A DNA stretch of 64,000 nucleotides, taken from positions 4,387,319-4,451,318 of the forward strand of contig CM082594.2 of assembly GCA_040954595.2 (NCBI GenBank). Direction: 5' to 3'. The stretch comes from Balanoglossus misakiensis (lineage: Eukaryota > Animalia > Hemichordata). The translations under genes and the position numbers were made by a program. A model generated the notes under the pieces. The model had not been told where the DNA came from. It made no database searches and worked only from the letters and a program-made list of their open reading frames with translations. Numbering within the stretch: position 1 is the stretch's first letter; the number at the start of each line of letters is the position of its first letter. Shown here one piece after another: positions 21,543 through 41,018 of the stretch.

Positions 21543-23127
21543 ATTTAAGGTTCATGTTGAATAAGTTGTGTTTGACCATCGCGTTTGTGTCAGGATTTTC
21601 TCTGTATTTTAAGTATTTAGCGTTTCTAAGTGGAACGTGCAGGATGCTCACGTCGCTGCAACTGGCCACGCGAATTTTCCCCAGTCTGTTGATGAAATAC
21701 TCGGTGTGTCCGACCCTCTCGTACTCTGGATCGAAGACTCCCCGGCGGAAGGCTTCCGTTCTCGCCATGAAGAACATGGTTATGGAGTCCGTCATGTAGC
21801 ACTGCGGGTACTCCGGGAGTTGGTGGTAGTGGTCGCCGCTGTGCCGGACGAAGCAGTCGCCGCCCGTGTCGTCCCCGCCAGTGCGCCAGTGCACCGTCCG
21901 GCAGCCGAAGCACTCTCCCCGGGACTCGCCCTCCCCGTTCTCGAACGTGCCGCCGATGACGTCCAACTTCAGCCGGGGGTCCTCGAACTTCTCGACGAAC
22001 CGTTCCAGCGTCGTCCGCTCGGTGAATACGAAATCGTCGTCGACGTAGAGGAAGTACTTGGTGCGGACCTGGCTCAGGGCCAGATTCCTCCCGGCCGAGG
22101 CGCCCTCGGCGAACGGCATGATGTACTGCTTGACGTTGGTGGCGTTGATTTTCCTGGGGTTCTCCGAATCGTCCGCCACCACTATGGTCATGCCAGGGTA
22201 GTATTTATTTACGCTGGCGACCAGATTGTTTACGCATGTGTACCGCTCAAACGTCTTCGTGATCACTGTAACCTTCTGTTTAATGTCGCCCCCGTCTCCG
22301 GGGTCAAACAGAAATGGAACCGTCGTGCGGCGTATGTGAATATGTATCGGAAAAATGAAATTGTTGAAATCAAACTTGACGGCGTCTCGGTCGTTTATGT
22401 CATACACGGTGCTGTTGTAGAAGAGATTGGCCAATACCTCACCAAGCAAGGCACTTGTGAGCTTACCGCGTATTTGCAACGATTTTGTGTCGTTTCCTGT
22501 AGTTGTCAGGTCTTTCGTTAGAGCAGTCGGGCGCAGGTACAACACACCTAGTGATTTCATCGACCGGAGTCCGATCACGAAGGTGCTCCCTTCGGGGAAT
22601 TGTCTGACCACTTCTGGATGTACCGCCAGTCCGATCAAGCGCACGCTCCGCAGCGGCTCCACGGTTATCCCGCTGCCGATGTACTGGATCGGAGACAAGG
22701 CGCGGCAGAGGGACGGGGGCTCTGTCTCGGCTTGGTGGTGGCGCGTCCATTCCTCCGCTTCCCGGAGTCGACGCCCGTCGGAGGGTTCGTCCAGCGGTCC
22801 GTACGTGTCCGCACCGTCTTCGCACGAACAGGGACTGGAATCGCTGTCGACTTGAAACGGTAGTGGTGAGTTCCGCTCTGCTCGTTCCGACGGCTCCATG
22901 TCACCGACGTCGTCCGCACGCGTGAGCAGTCCTTCGTAGATCTTCCTGGACAAGGTCGACTCGAATCCGAAGTAGCTGCTGTTTCTCTGTGTGTTTGAGA
23001 ACACCGAAAGCGCGGCAAAATACAACACTGAGCACAGCAGCAGACAGCAAGTCACGGCAATCACACGTACAGTCAGTCTCGAAAGATGTAGACGACGATT
23101 CATCGCCATGTTGGAAGCGGCGCGCAT
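21529..23127 (-). CDS. Beta-1,4-N-acetylgalactosaminyltransferase (B4GALNT1/2-like), intronless type II membrane protein
   Basis: 532-aa ORF with N-terminal TM (VIAVTCCLLLCSVLYFAALSVF), SCSC stem, G.TVEPL, VTVITKTFERY, IVVADDS, YIMPF, GRNLALSQVRTKYFLYVDDDFVF. The start may be the ATG at 23109 instead. Confidence 0.9.
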   Translation of the reverse strand: MRAASNMAMNRRLHLSRLTVRVIAVTCCLLLCSVLYFAALSVFSNTQRNSSYFGFESTLSRKIYEGLLTRADDVGDMEPSERAERNSPLPFQVDSDSSPCSCEDGADTYGPLDEPSDGRRLREAEEWTRHHQAETEPPSLCRALSPIQYIGSGITVEPLRSVRLIGLAVHPEVVRQFPEGSTFVIGLRSMKSLGVLYLRPTALTKDLTTTGNDTKSLQIRGKLTSALLGEVLANLFYNSTVYDINDRDAVKFDFNNFIFPIHIHIRRTTVPFLFDPGDGGDIKQKVTVITKTFERYTCVNNLVASVNKYYPGMTIVVADDSENPRKINATNVKQYIMPFAEGASAGRNLALSQVRTKYFLYVDDDFVFTERTTLERFVEKFEDPRLKLDVIGGTFENGEGESRGECFGCRTVHWRTGGDDTGGDCFVRHSGDHYHQLPEYPQCYMTDSITMFFMARTEAFRRGVFDPEYERVGHTEYFINRLGKIRVASCSDVSILHVPLRNAKYLKYRENPDTNAMVKHNLFNMNLKCFTL

Positions 23128-24367
23128 CCAAGGAAAGAGAGAGCGGGTTGGAAATCCTTAAGTTTCAGATCGATGAAGGAAACGACCTCGTAAAATCCCC
23201 GCAAAGGGAAGAAGAACCAACCAATAGAGCACTAGCAAATCATCTACTGTAAGTGACACTTCGCTGACCCCAAAGCAAAATCGGCCATAATATTTAGCTA
23301 TGGATAGTAAATACCAACGCGATTGTCGGATCCCCAAAGATGCAACGAGTATATACAGACTCGCTGTTACAGACGATACGTGGTCCCGCTCTGACACGCA
23401 CGTGACCTAACTCGTCTGCTGTGGTTATTCTTGGCAACTTCCAGCTCAGTCGGTTTACGTCATCGTCCCCGTTTATAAGATTTTGAAGAACGGCTTACTT
23501 TTACAGAAGAGATTTTCTAGCCATTTCCAGTGAATAGTAAATGTTTTCAAAACTTCGATATGTCGTTCATATATACAAAAACTACGCATGGCAATCATTC
23601 ATGTCCCCTCCCCTTTCTCGCCCCACAAGCTTAATATAAACGCGACGCCACAAATTTTAACGTCTATACTTCAGACAATATCGTGTTTCAACTTCATCCA
23701 GTAAAAGAAAACGCAACGTGGTCGCATCTCATCAAGTAAACTGACATCACCCTTCGGCGCAGAGGTCAAGCTAAGGGATACAAACCCCTATGAGAGAACA
23801 TGGACGAAATACTAGTAGCATCTGAATTGGTTAATTCAACTTTAATGTCAACATTGCCGACATTTTCAAAATGTTTCGCTTTAGCTACTGACGCTGATTG
23901 GTAGGCTACTAATGGCTGAAGTGATGTTTGTTATGTCGGTTATCATACATACATGTGTAGCACTTTAAGGTAGTAAGTGTGAAATAAGATCCCCAGGGGT
24001 ATAGGTATCTTGTTGTGGGGAATCTCTCGCTTGGCTTAGTTTGGGATACTCAGGATCTTGAATGTTGGTCAACATGTTTCAGCCTGAAATTAGCACAGAT
24101 CATGCCTGGCTTTGGGGCATCTTGGTACAGATAGATAAACTGAGTGATTTAACAACGTTCTTGCTTAGACTCTGCACAGATTTATTGGAGTTAAGAACAT
24201 GAAATATTGACATGACTGTGACGAAACGTCTGTACACGTGGTCGTAAGCATATAAATCAAACGCCTTTTACAAAACAACACTGTAGTAAAGTCGTGGCAG
24301 TTATTATAGTCATCGTTATCGAGCGATACTTTAAAGGTTTCTCATCGCTTTAGCACAACTGTCCGTC

Positions 24368-28657
<4,290 letters not shown>

Positions 28658-30102
28658 TTTTGCAAGAAGATGAAGCGTTCCAACAGTGGCGCTGTACAGC
28701 GTTGACTAAACAGCTAAAGCGACACTGAGAGAGTAGAGAAATCCCTGTAATACCATTACCCAGATGACACTGCTTCGAAGATCGGCTAGGCGTATCCCTC
28801 CGCCGCCGTCTGCACTTCTTTTACCCGATGAGGGTACTTCGATTATGAATTCGCGTGTAAGATGACGTCATTGATTATATTAAAGGGACATTTTATATCC
28901 ATGATTATCTAATCTTGGGTAACAGCCTATCCAGTCATTGCACCGTATACGTGTAAAAGTGGTATCTGACTGCATGTAAGAAGTTACTAGTTTTGTTTTC
29001 ATATACGTAGCTAATCTTTCACGATATCACAAACTCTACCGAAAGGTAGCACTTTTTAGTTATTTTACTAATTTGAAATAGACATCCATTCCTAATTGAA
29101 ACTGAATGAGGGTGCGTGCCAACATGGCAATAAGAATTTTGTGCTTCTGTATTCTGAAATTCTGGGTCCACAAGTGAAAGGCATAGCAGACTTTGGGGCG
29201 TTGTCATGGTGACTGTCATGGCCGCAATTCATCAGTGCCACTTTCAATGACAGACTGGGTGTTTTCAACAAGATTTCATTGCTGGCATGTATCAAGAGAT
29301 ATCAAATATGCGCTGTAATCAGTGACAAAATATCCCGGCAGAATAAGTGCAAATTTGGACATGTCAGCTTACTATAATATTCTCACTGTCTGTCCATCCG
29401 CCCATCTCCCTGCTTCTGCTGGCCTATGCCTCTGTCTGTCTGTACCTCAGTCTATCTGTGTTAATATTGCATTTTGAAATCAAGGTTGCTTGATGCTTGC
29501 ATCCATGTTTATTTCAACACGTAGTGACAGTTTTTTATATTTAAATATCTGGGAATTGTGATCGTCACATTTCTAAGCACACGAAGTTCAAACTGTACAT
29601 AACGTCACTTAAAAAGCGTCAACCAACCGTATCAATAATTTAAAGACCTGAAAATGAGAAGCTTTTATTTTTGTACTTCCCAACAGTTCCTCTCAGGTTA
29701 ATTACCAGCTGTCTTGTGTCGTTAATTGGCTATGAACTATGGATCTGTTCCGGACGTAATTAGATTTGCGTTTTGATTGCTTTGGTAGCAAGGCTTTGGA
29801 GTTAGCATCAGGACTACAGTCATTGTTGTTTTATCTTTGTCATAAATTTAATTACCAGTGAATATTAATATTGCTTGAGTGCTGAGATATCGAATGAGGG
29901 GTCGCATTCCACATGCTGACGATCTCAGTTGCCCTAGACTCCGGCATCCACCGTGAAATGGCATACGTTTGTTTAGAGAGCAGATATTGTGTGATTGTGT
30001 TCTGCAGAAAGTGAATTGGTGAAGGGAGCTGCCTACACACCCACCTATATCTGTCTGTCTGTCTGTCTGCTACCATGCGCAGATGCGTAAATACAGAGTT
30101 TA

Positions 30103-30221
30103 CTACATACATGTACGAACATACATACATGTGCATACATGTACATACATACATACATACATACATACATACATACATACATACATACATACATACATAC
30201 ATACATACATACATACATACA
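30103..30221. repeat. (TACA)n microsatellite
   Basis: Directly visible tetranucleotide run. Confidence 0.97.
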
Positions 30222-30715
30222 TGTATGTGCGTGTGTATGGACAGAGGGCTTGCTATTGTAATGATCAATGATCCATGATGTTAATTTATTTATTGTGTGT
30301 AATTACATGCAAGTGGGTCAAGGGGAAAATAGTCAGGCCATAGCCTTGTACATGTAGTTTCATTATGTTTATTTTCCGTGAGATTCCTACACGAGATATA
30401 TAAATGGTAAAATACCACAAACTTACAAAAATGTACAAATTGATCGATACTGCATAAGTAACAGATACTTGGCCCGTTTTTTCCTATTTGACGACGTAAA
30501 GTATAGATAGCCGCGTGTGAATTCTTTTTATGATGAAAGCTCGGCGATTTGAAAGCTTTTATATAGCTGAACCATAATTACAGATCGGAACGTAAATCTT
30601 CTATTTAATACGACAAAAATTACTACACTTAAAAGGGGGTCATTGGAACGAGGAAACGATTTATGCATTGTAAATCGAAAAATGATTATTTGACAAGTTC
30701 GGGTGCAGCGCCCTC

Positions 30716-34831
<4,116 letters not shown>

Positions 34832-35883
34832 TTTTGAAAATAAAATGTCGTTGGCAAAATTTCAGTCACAAACTGCAACGTCAACAAGACGGGCCACTAC
34901 GTGACACAACCTGCTTAGCCGAGACAGTGGCTGAAGAGAATTCAAAACGCCTGCGACGGATCACGCATATATCTACGCCCCAGCTCCCTGTGTATTCTTC
35001 CGCCAATGTCTAATTAAGACGGGCAGTGGAAGCGATGGTTCCGTTTCACTTTTGCTATTCAATGGGACTAGTGTGTCAAATTATGCATCAGTTCATCTGA
35101 GGATATAATGCCATTAATATTTAACAGGCGCAATGACAGCTGAGCCTTGCCAGTCTAATTTCCGTCGGCCGCGTCATGACTGCGGATCTCGACGCGAACA
35201 CAATAGCATCAATTTACATGAATTTTAATGCCAAAAACCCTGAATCCGTATAAATCGTTGTCATGGCACCATCTCCCCATTGTTCGGATTAGTGTGTGCA
35301 CCATTTCCGTAAAAGTCGTAATAAAAAGCGTAACTGTAGTAATAACTCGCTTGTATAGAAAATCAGTACGCCGTAAACCTATAGCTAGCAAAACCGGTAG
35401 GTCACTGACTTGGAATAAATTGTCTCTAAGCGTCACTGTTTCATCTCATATCATGACATTTCATCCCCATCTTTTGTCAATTATGTAATATAATATCACG
35501 ACGCGGCTGGGCTAGTGTTTCTCTATTCATGACATTTTTAATATTCATGTGAACCCATTTCAATCTGCGCATGTCAAGTAAATTCCCCTCAGAAATCAAT
35601 CACAGGTTATCTTCGGGACAGCAGCCCCGGTATATTCCTTCTCACCACGTGACAATTTTCGGTTTTGGTTAATTGGTTCTGCTGTGAAAATCACAAAATG
35701 CAAGTTATTAAACCGAATTGAACCCGGAAGAAGCACCGCTCGACGGTTCCTGCACGTACACATCGTGTAATTTTACTGCATACCTTGCATTAGCACGGCA
35801 TCTTAAAACAGATATATGTAACCGTGTGTATATAAGCATAGACAGTTGAAGGGTGAGAAAATTCTGCTGCCTATGATATTAGG

Positions 35884-36890
35884 TAATAAGTAAAGGATAA
35901 TGTACGAGTGGAGTGCAATCGTTCAGATATTGAACGACACTCGGGCCTGCGGCCACGACACGAGTACATTATCCGGCTTACAACACGTCGCAACATCTGT
36001 GATCTTGATATAAGCTAAACAACTTCTCAATCACATCAACCAATCACAAGCGTCGCAAAATACACCTGGTGTATGACTCGTTTCGATTGGATACTTGTCA
36101 GCCAGGGCATTTGTCACGTGGTCATTGAGGTGCCACGTTTCCATCATCATTCGGAACTCAACCTTCGACAGACAAACACCATGGCCGAAAGTAGCGACGA
36201 GCACGAGCTTTTCATTACCCAGAGCACGTTCCGACACCCAAGCGAAAGCGAAGGTGATGACGGTGGCGATATGGACTGGATTTTCCAAGATTTTGATAGC
36301 CTCGTCGAAGATAGCGTACATAACCCAACGGTCACGGAAAGTGACTTGGCGAAAATGCAGCCCCCACTGCAGACATCCTCTTCTGTAAGTAGCAGCTCTC
36401 TGTATTTTTTGCAATCCGGCCATATGCTATTTTTTCAACCTCGCTGTCAGAATGAATATTTAAACGGATCAACGGATTTACTCTCATATCCTTGACTGCA
36501 CAAACCTTATAGCGCAGAGATCACGACAAAGAAATAAAACTTGTGCCTGTCTTTATAGTACCCACGCCCTTCTGACTTTAATTGTGGAGTCTTGAATTAA
36601 TGGGGGATGGCCCACTTGTTTTTATACGGTGAGAAGTACTTTCAACGCAAGAATTATTGCTTGTATCAAACACTACTCATACGTCGAAAAAAATCCGTAA
36701 TATGAAGATGGACGAACCAAGTGTGTGCACCTGGAAGCAGCATATCCTTCAAAATGGATAACAACTAATTTGCTTTGTATTCAGTACCTCCTGTCAAAGC
36801 TATCTTGTTTGTTGTTGTGAATCTTATTATGCCAGGTGCAGTGCAATATCCAGATATTGCACTGGTACCAGTGCAATATCATAGATAATG
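35884..36890 (+). mobile_element. Crypton-like non-autonomous element between the head-to-head tubulin genes, with a residual first coding exon
   Basis: Left hairpin GGATAATGTAC...GTACATTATCC; CCAAT boxes; ATG at 36181 (MAESSDEHELFITQSTF...) ending at a gtaagt donor near 36385; right palindrome GATATTGCACTGGTACCAGTGCAATATC. Family call is from remembered architecture. Confidence 0.45.
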
Positions 36891-37399
36891 TCCCAAGAGT
36901 ACAAAGAGTCTGGTCACATGTAGTGTTGTAACAGACCAGAATCCGTCGTGTGTACTCTTGGTTTCGTGTACTCTTGGTTTCACTGTGTGATTAGATAATG
37001 ATTCGTGTCACGTACCAGTTTACGACACCACAGAAAGCAGTTAATAAAAAAAATCAAGGGTATAGCCAACATGACAACAATATCCAGGTGTGGTATTCGA
37101 ACACAGTGTACTCCCACGAAGCCTTTGTTGTAATTCTTGTCTTTGCCTGGGCGTACAACGACCTAAAGCGAACTTTGGCACCACCCCGAGCGTTTTATTT
37201 TTTTTACGACTGCCGGGTTTCTTTTATCTGCGGCAGAAATCATTTTCGGAAATAATTTGCGATGTTACTATCGGCTGGCGATACGCACAAACTGATGCTG
37301 AAGGGTTTTTCTATAGAAGAACTCGTCAGTAATTTTGGACCATCCCCAAGGGAACAGTTGCGCCGTGTCGGTCGCAGTTTACTCCAACTGTAGAGAAAT

Positions 37400-40300
37400 A
37401 TGCGCGAAATCGTGAATATCCAAGTTGGACAATGCGGCAACCGAATCGGTGAAAAGGTGAGTCCAGTTTGCACGTAAACTTTTCTAATTAGTATGAACAT
37501 TTCTGAGTCGGCAATATACAACTCGTGGACTGGTGGAATCTTCACCTTTGTGGGTTTTTTTTCTAAATTTATCGATGCGGGAGCTTGCCAAGGGAGCTGG
37601 TTGATTTGTGTATGGGAAGTTGTTGCTCTTTGCAAAAAATCTGATCGAAAACCTCAAAGAACCCTCGCCGATTCCCTTTAACTTAGAGGATCTTTGACTC
37701 ATGGCGTAGGCATGTAAACGACAGACACAAATCACACACGACTGGATTCGTGGACTTTTCAGCCATGACAATATTTGTCTTTATCTGAAAGTTGTTTTTA
37801 CAATTTCTACACTTTCTTTGTTCAGTCAGTGTCTTTACGTTTCTGATTTGACAATACTTTACATTTTCTGAGAAATCTTTGTCTAATAACCTTATCAACT
37901 CGTATAGAACACGAAATCTTGCATGAGAATAGGACCACCCCCTCCTGATCCTGGGGATTGGGAAGTTTATTTTAACTTAAAATGTCAATTTTTGAACGAC
38001 CCGTTCGAATAACGCCCCCCCCCCCCACCCACCAGCCATCAAAGTTTACTGCCTCCACGAGTTGAAAAATGCGCCTGGCGCTTTATCGACGCACTTCGAG
38101 TGTATTCAAATGTTATCACGCGGTGTTGTATGGCTAATTACAAATCCTCGATTGACCTGCCCAACCTGTAGTGGAGTCGCATTTAAACCAGTTTTTATTA
38201 TATTTAACAAGAGGGTGGCTAACATGCTCACACACAAAACAATGCCGACTCCTCTATGAACTGTGTCGCTAAGCTACTGCTGAGAAGTCAGGGTTCGAGG
38301 AAGCTCAGTAAAAAAATAATTTGATGGGCGCCGGCTTGCTGAATACGGGCCAACATTTCAGGCGTTGTATCGCTGTTGTTGGGCAAAGTGCATGTACAGA
38401 TAACGATGTCAGTGCAGCTGAAAACATTGCCTTGTATATGAAATAGTTGTGCCGCACTGGCCACTATGTGCCAAATATGATGTAAATACATTGATATAGA
38501 ATTTGCGCTGAGGTGCAGGACAGATAACGCCAGTGATCTGGTCACGCCTGTGATAGTGATAACGGATTGTAGGTAGGCGGCGTAAAGGTAGATGCATTGG
38601 TACGTTCAAGGAGGTCATGCAACGCGAACCAAGTCAGGCGTGAGACACATAGAAAATTGGATGGCGGCTACCTAGAGCATACCCTTTTGATAAATCCAGT
38701 GTCCTCATGCAGCCATCGTGAATTTGAACTCAAAGCGAGGCCAATCAGGAAAAGTTGACCAATTAGACCAAGCATCTCACCACCTTCTGAAAAGTTGTAA
38801 ATCAACTTATTCCGTCACAGTTGGCGAGTTCTTATATTGTCGAACGACTAACCACTTGTCCTCATCTGTTTCTCCCAACAACAGTTTTGGAAGTATGTCA
38901 TAGAGGAGCATGGCATCAATCGGAACGGAGTCTACGATGGCAATCAGCCCGAACTCGAGCTTGACAAGAGCAACGTATACTTCCACGAAGCCATTGGAGG
39001 GCGGTACGTACCACGGTCTGTCATGGTCGACTTGGAAGACTCGGTTGTGGAAAGAGTGCGATACGGATGTCTGAGGAACATGTTCCGACCGGATAACTTC
39101 ATTTGCGGTACGTACGCACGCACGCACGCACATACATGTACATACATGTACATACATACATACATACATACATACATACATACATACATACATACATACA
39201 TACATACATACATACATACATACATACATACATACATACATACATACATACATACATACATACATACATACATACATACATACATACATACATACATACA
39301 TACATACATACATACATACATACATACATGTACAAATGTACATACATACATACATACTTTGTATATGTCTCATGCCTATATCAGACAAAGAAGGGCATCG
39401 AGTTGACATACGTCACTGATTGTTATGTACTAATTGATTTCCAGGCAATACTGGTGCCGGGAACAACTTCACCAAGGGTTACGAGTATGGCATGGAATAT
39501 ATCGATCCAGTTTTGGATTCTGTGAGGAAGGAAGTTGAAAGGTGTGACCGACTTCAGGTACGTGACTCAAGACAGTCGGACAGACGAGTGAGGGCGGTAC
39601 AGCGATAAAGTCCACAGACAAATGGAGAACGAGGAGACCTGCGTGCAGAGACTGACGTGGAACTTGTCATTTCTGATCTATAGCTATAAAATGCCGGGTC
39701 ACGCTTTGTTGCAATATTCCCCTTTTCGCAAGCATATTATAAGTCGTATACCTTCGTCACAATACAATAATTGTGTGTTGCTGTTAACTTCTGTATGCCT
39801 TCTTTTCTCCCCTATATATTTCTGTAAGGTTTTCAACTAGCGCACTCCATTGGAGGAGGTACTGGCTCGGGTATGGGCGCGCTGTTACTGGAAAAAATAC
39901 GCGAGGAATATGCGGACAGCATCATCAGTACGTTCAGTGTGGTTCCCTCACCCGTGGAGAACTCGGCATTTGTGGACACCGATGTAGGGCCATTGAACGC
40001 GCTGCGTAGTTTCGAGTATTTGATCGAACATGTCGACGCAACCTACTGCATCGACAACGAAGCCCTGACTGGGATTTATGAGCGCACGACTGCCAACAAT
40101 AGGTCCCTACGCTCGCGCAAAATGTCGCAATACGCGTGCACGTGCGAAAATTGTGCCAGGAGCGCAGCCGCGGGCAGTATCCTGCACCCCGACGTCCCTC
40201 GAGATATCAGTGGTGATATTTCGCGTCGAGTGAGTCAAAGCAGGTTTGCAAACGGCGAGTGCTTAGAGATTCCCCGCCAGGCCAATCGGAGAGGGCGCGC

Positions 40301-41018
40301 TTTCACAATGCCAGACATGTACGGGGACGTCAACCGCCTGGTGGCCGCCACCATGAGCGGGATCACCGCCTGTCTGCGTTTTCCCGGTCAGCTCAACACC
40401 GACCTGCGCAAACTGGCCACCAACATGGTGCCGTTCCCTAACCTCCACTTCTTCATGTCCAGCCTGGCGCCGCTGACCACGCCCAGGATGTTCCGCTCCA
40501 TGGCGGTGTCGGAGCTGGTCCAGGAGATGTTCGACGTGAAGAACATGATGGTGTCGTGCAACCCCCTCCGGGGGAAGTACCTCACTGTCGCCGCCATCTT
40601 CCGCGGCAAGGTGTCCATGAGGGAGGTGGACGAGCAGATGTTCGAGCTGCAGGACAAGCACAGCCGCAGTTTCGTCGACTGGATCCCGGACCACGTGAAA
40701 ACCGCCGTGTGCGACATCCCCCTGAACCGCGGCGTGCCCGTGTCGGTGACTTTCCTGGCCAACAACACCTCCATCCAGGAAATTTTCAATCGGGTCTTGG
40801 AAGACACCAAGAGGTGGGTGCCTCAGTTGGGACAGGTCATACCCCGTCGTGGTCTCCCGTTTATGCACTTGTACAGCACAAAGGAAGACGACAGCGGCTG
40901 CGTCGAAATTCAAGAGGCACAGAGTGCAGTCGTGGACCTTGTAGACGAATACCAGCAATGGCAAGAGGCACCTGGCGGGGTCCAATCAGATGAATATGAC
41001 GAAGAGGAAGAAGAATGA
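37400..41018 (+). CDS. Highly divergent beta-tubulin-like gene (copy C), about 527 aa, 4 exons; intron 3 acceptor is anomalous (possible pseudogene or slid intron)
   Basis: Exons 37400-37456 ([19 protein letters not shown]), 38885-39107, 39445-39557, 39828-41018, at the same intron positions as copies A and B. Retains [36 protein letters not shown] (beta-type K) and KTAVCDIP. Confidence 0.85.
39130..39357. repeat. (TACA)n microsatellite in tubulin C intron 2
   Basis: Directly visible. Confidence 0.97.

Noticed and set aside
21536-23018. Several overlapping antisense and alternate-frame ORFs up to 294 aa
   Set aside because: Shadows of the GC-rich glycosyltransferase CDS. The same applies to ORFs antisense to the three tubulins.
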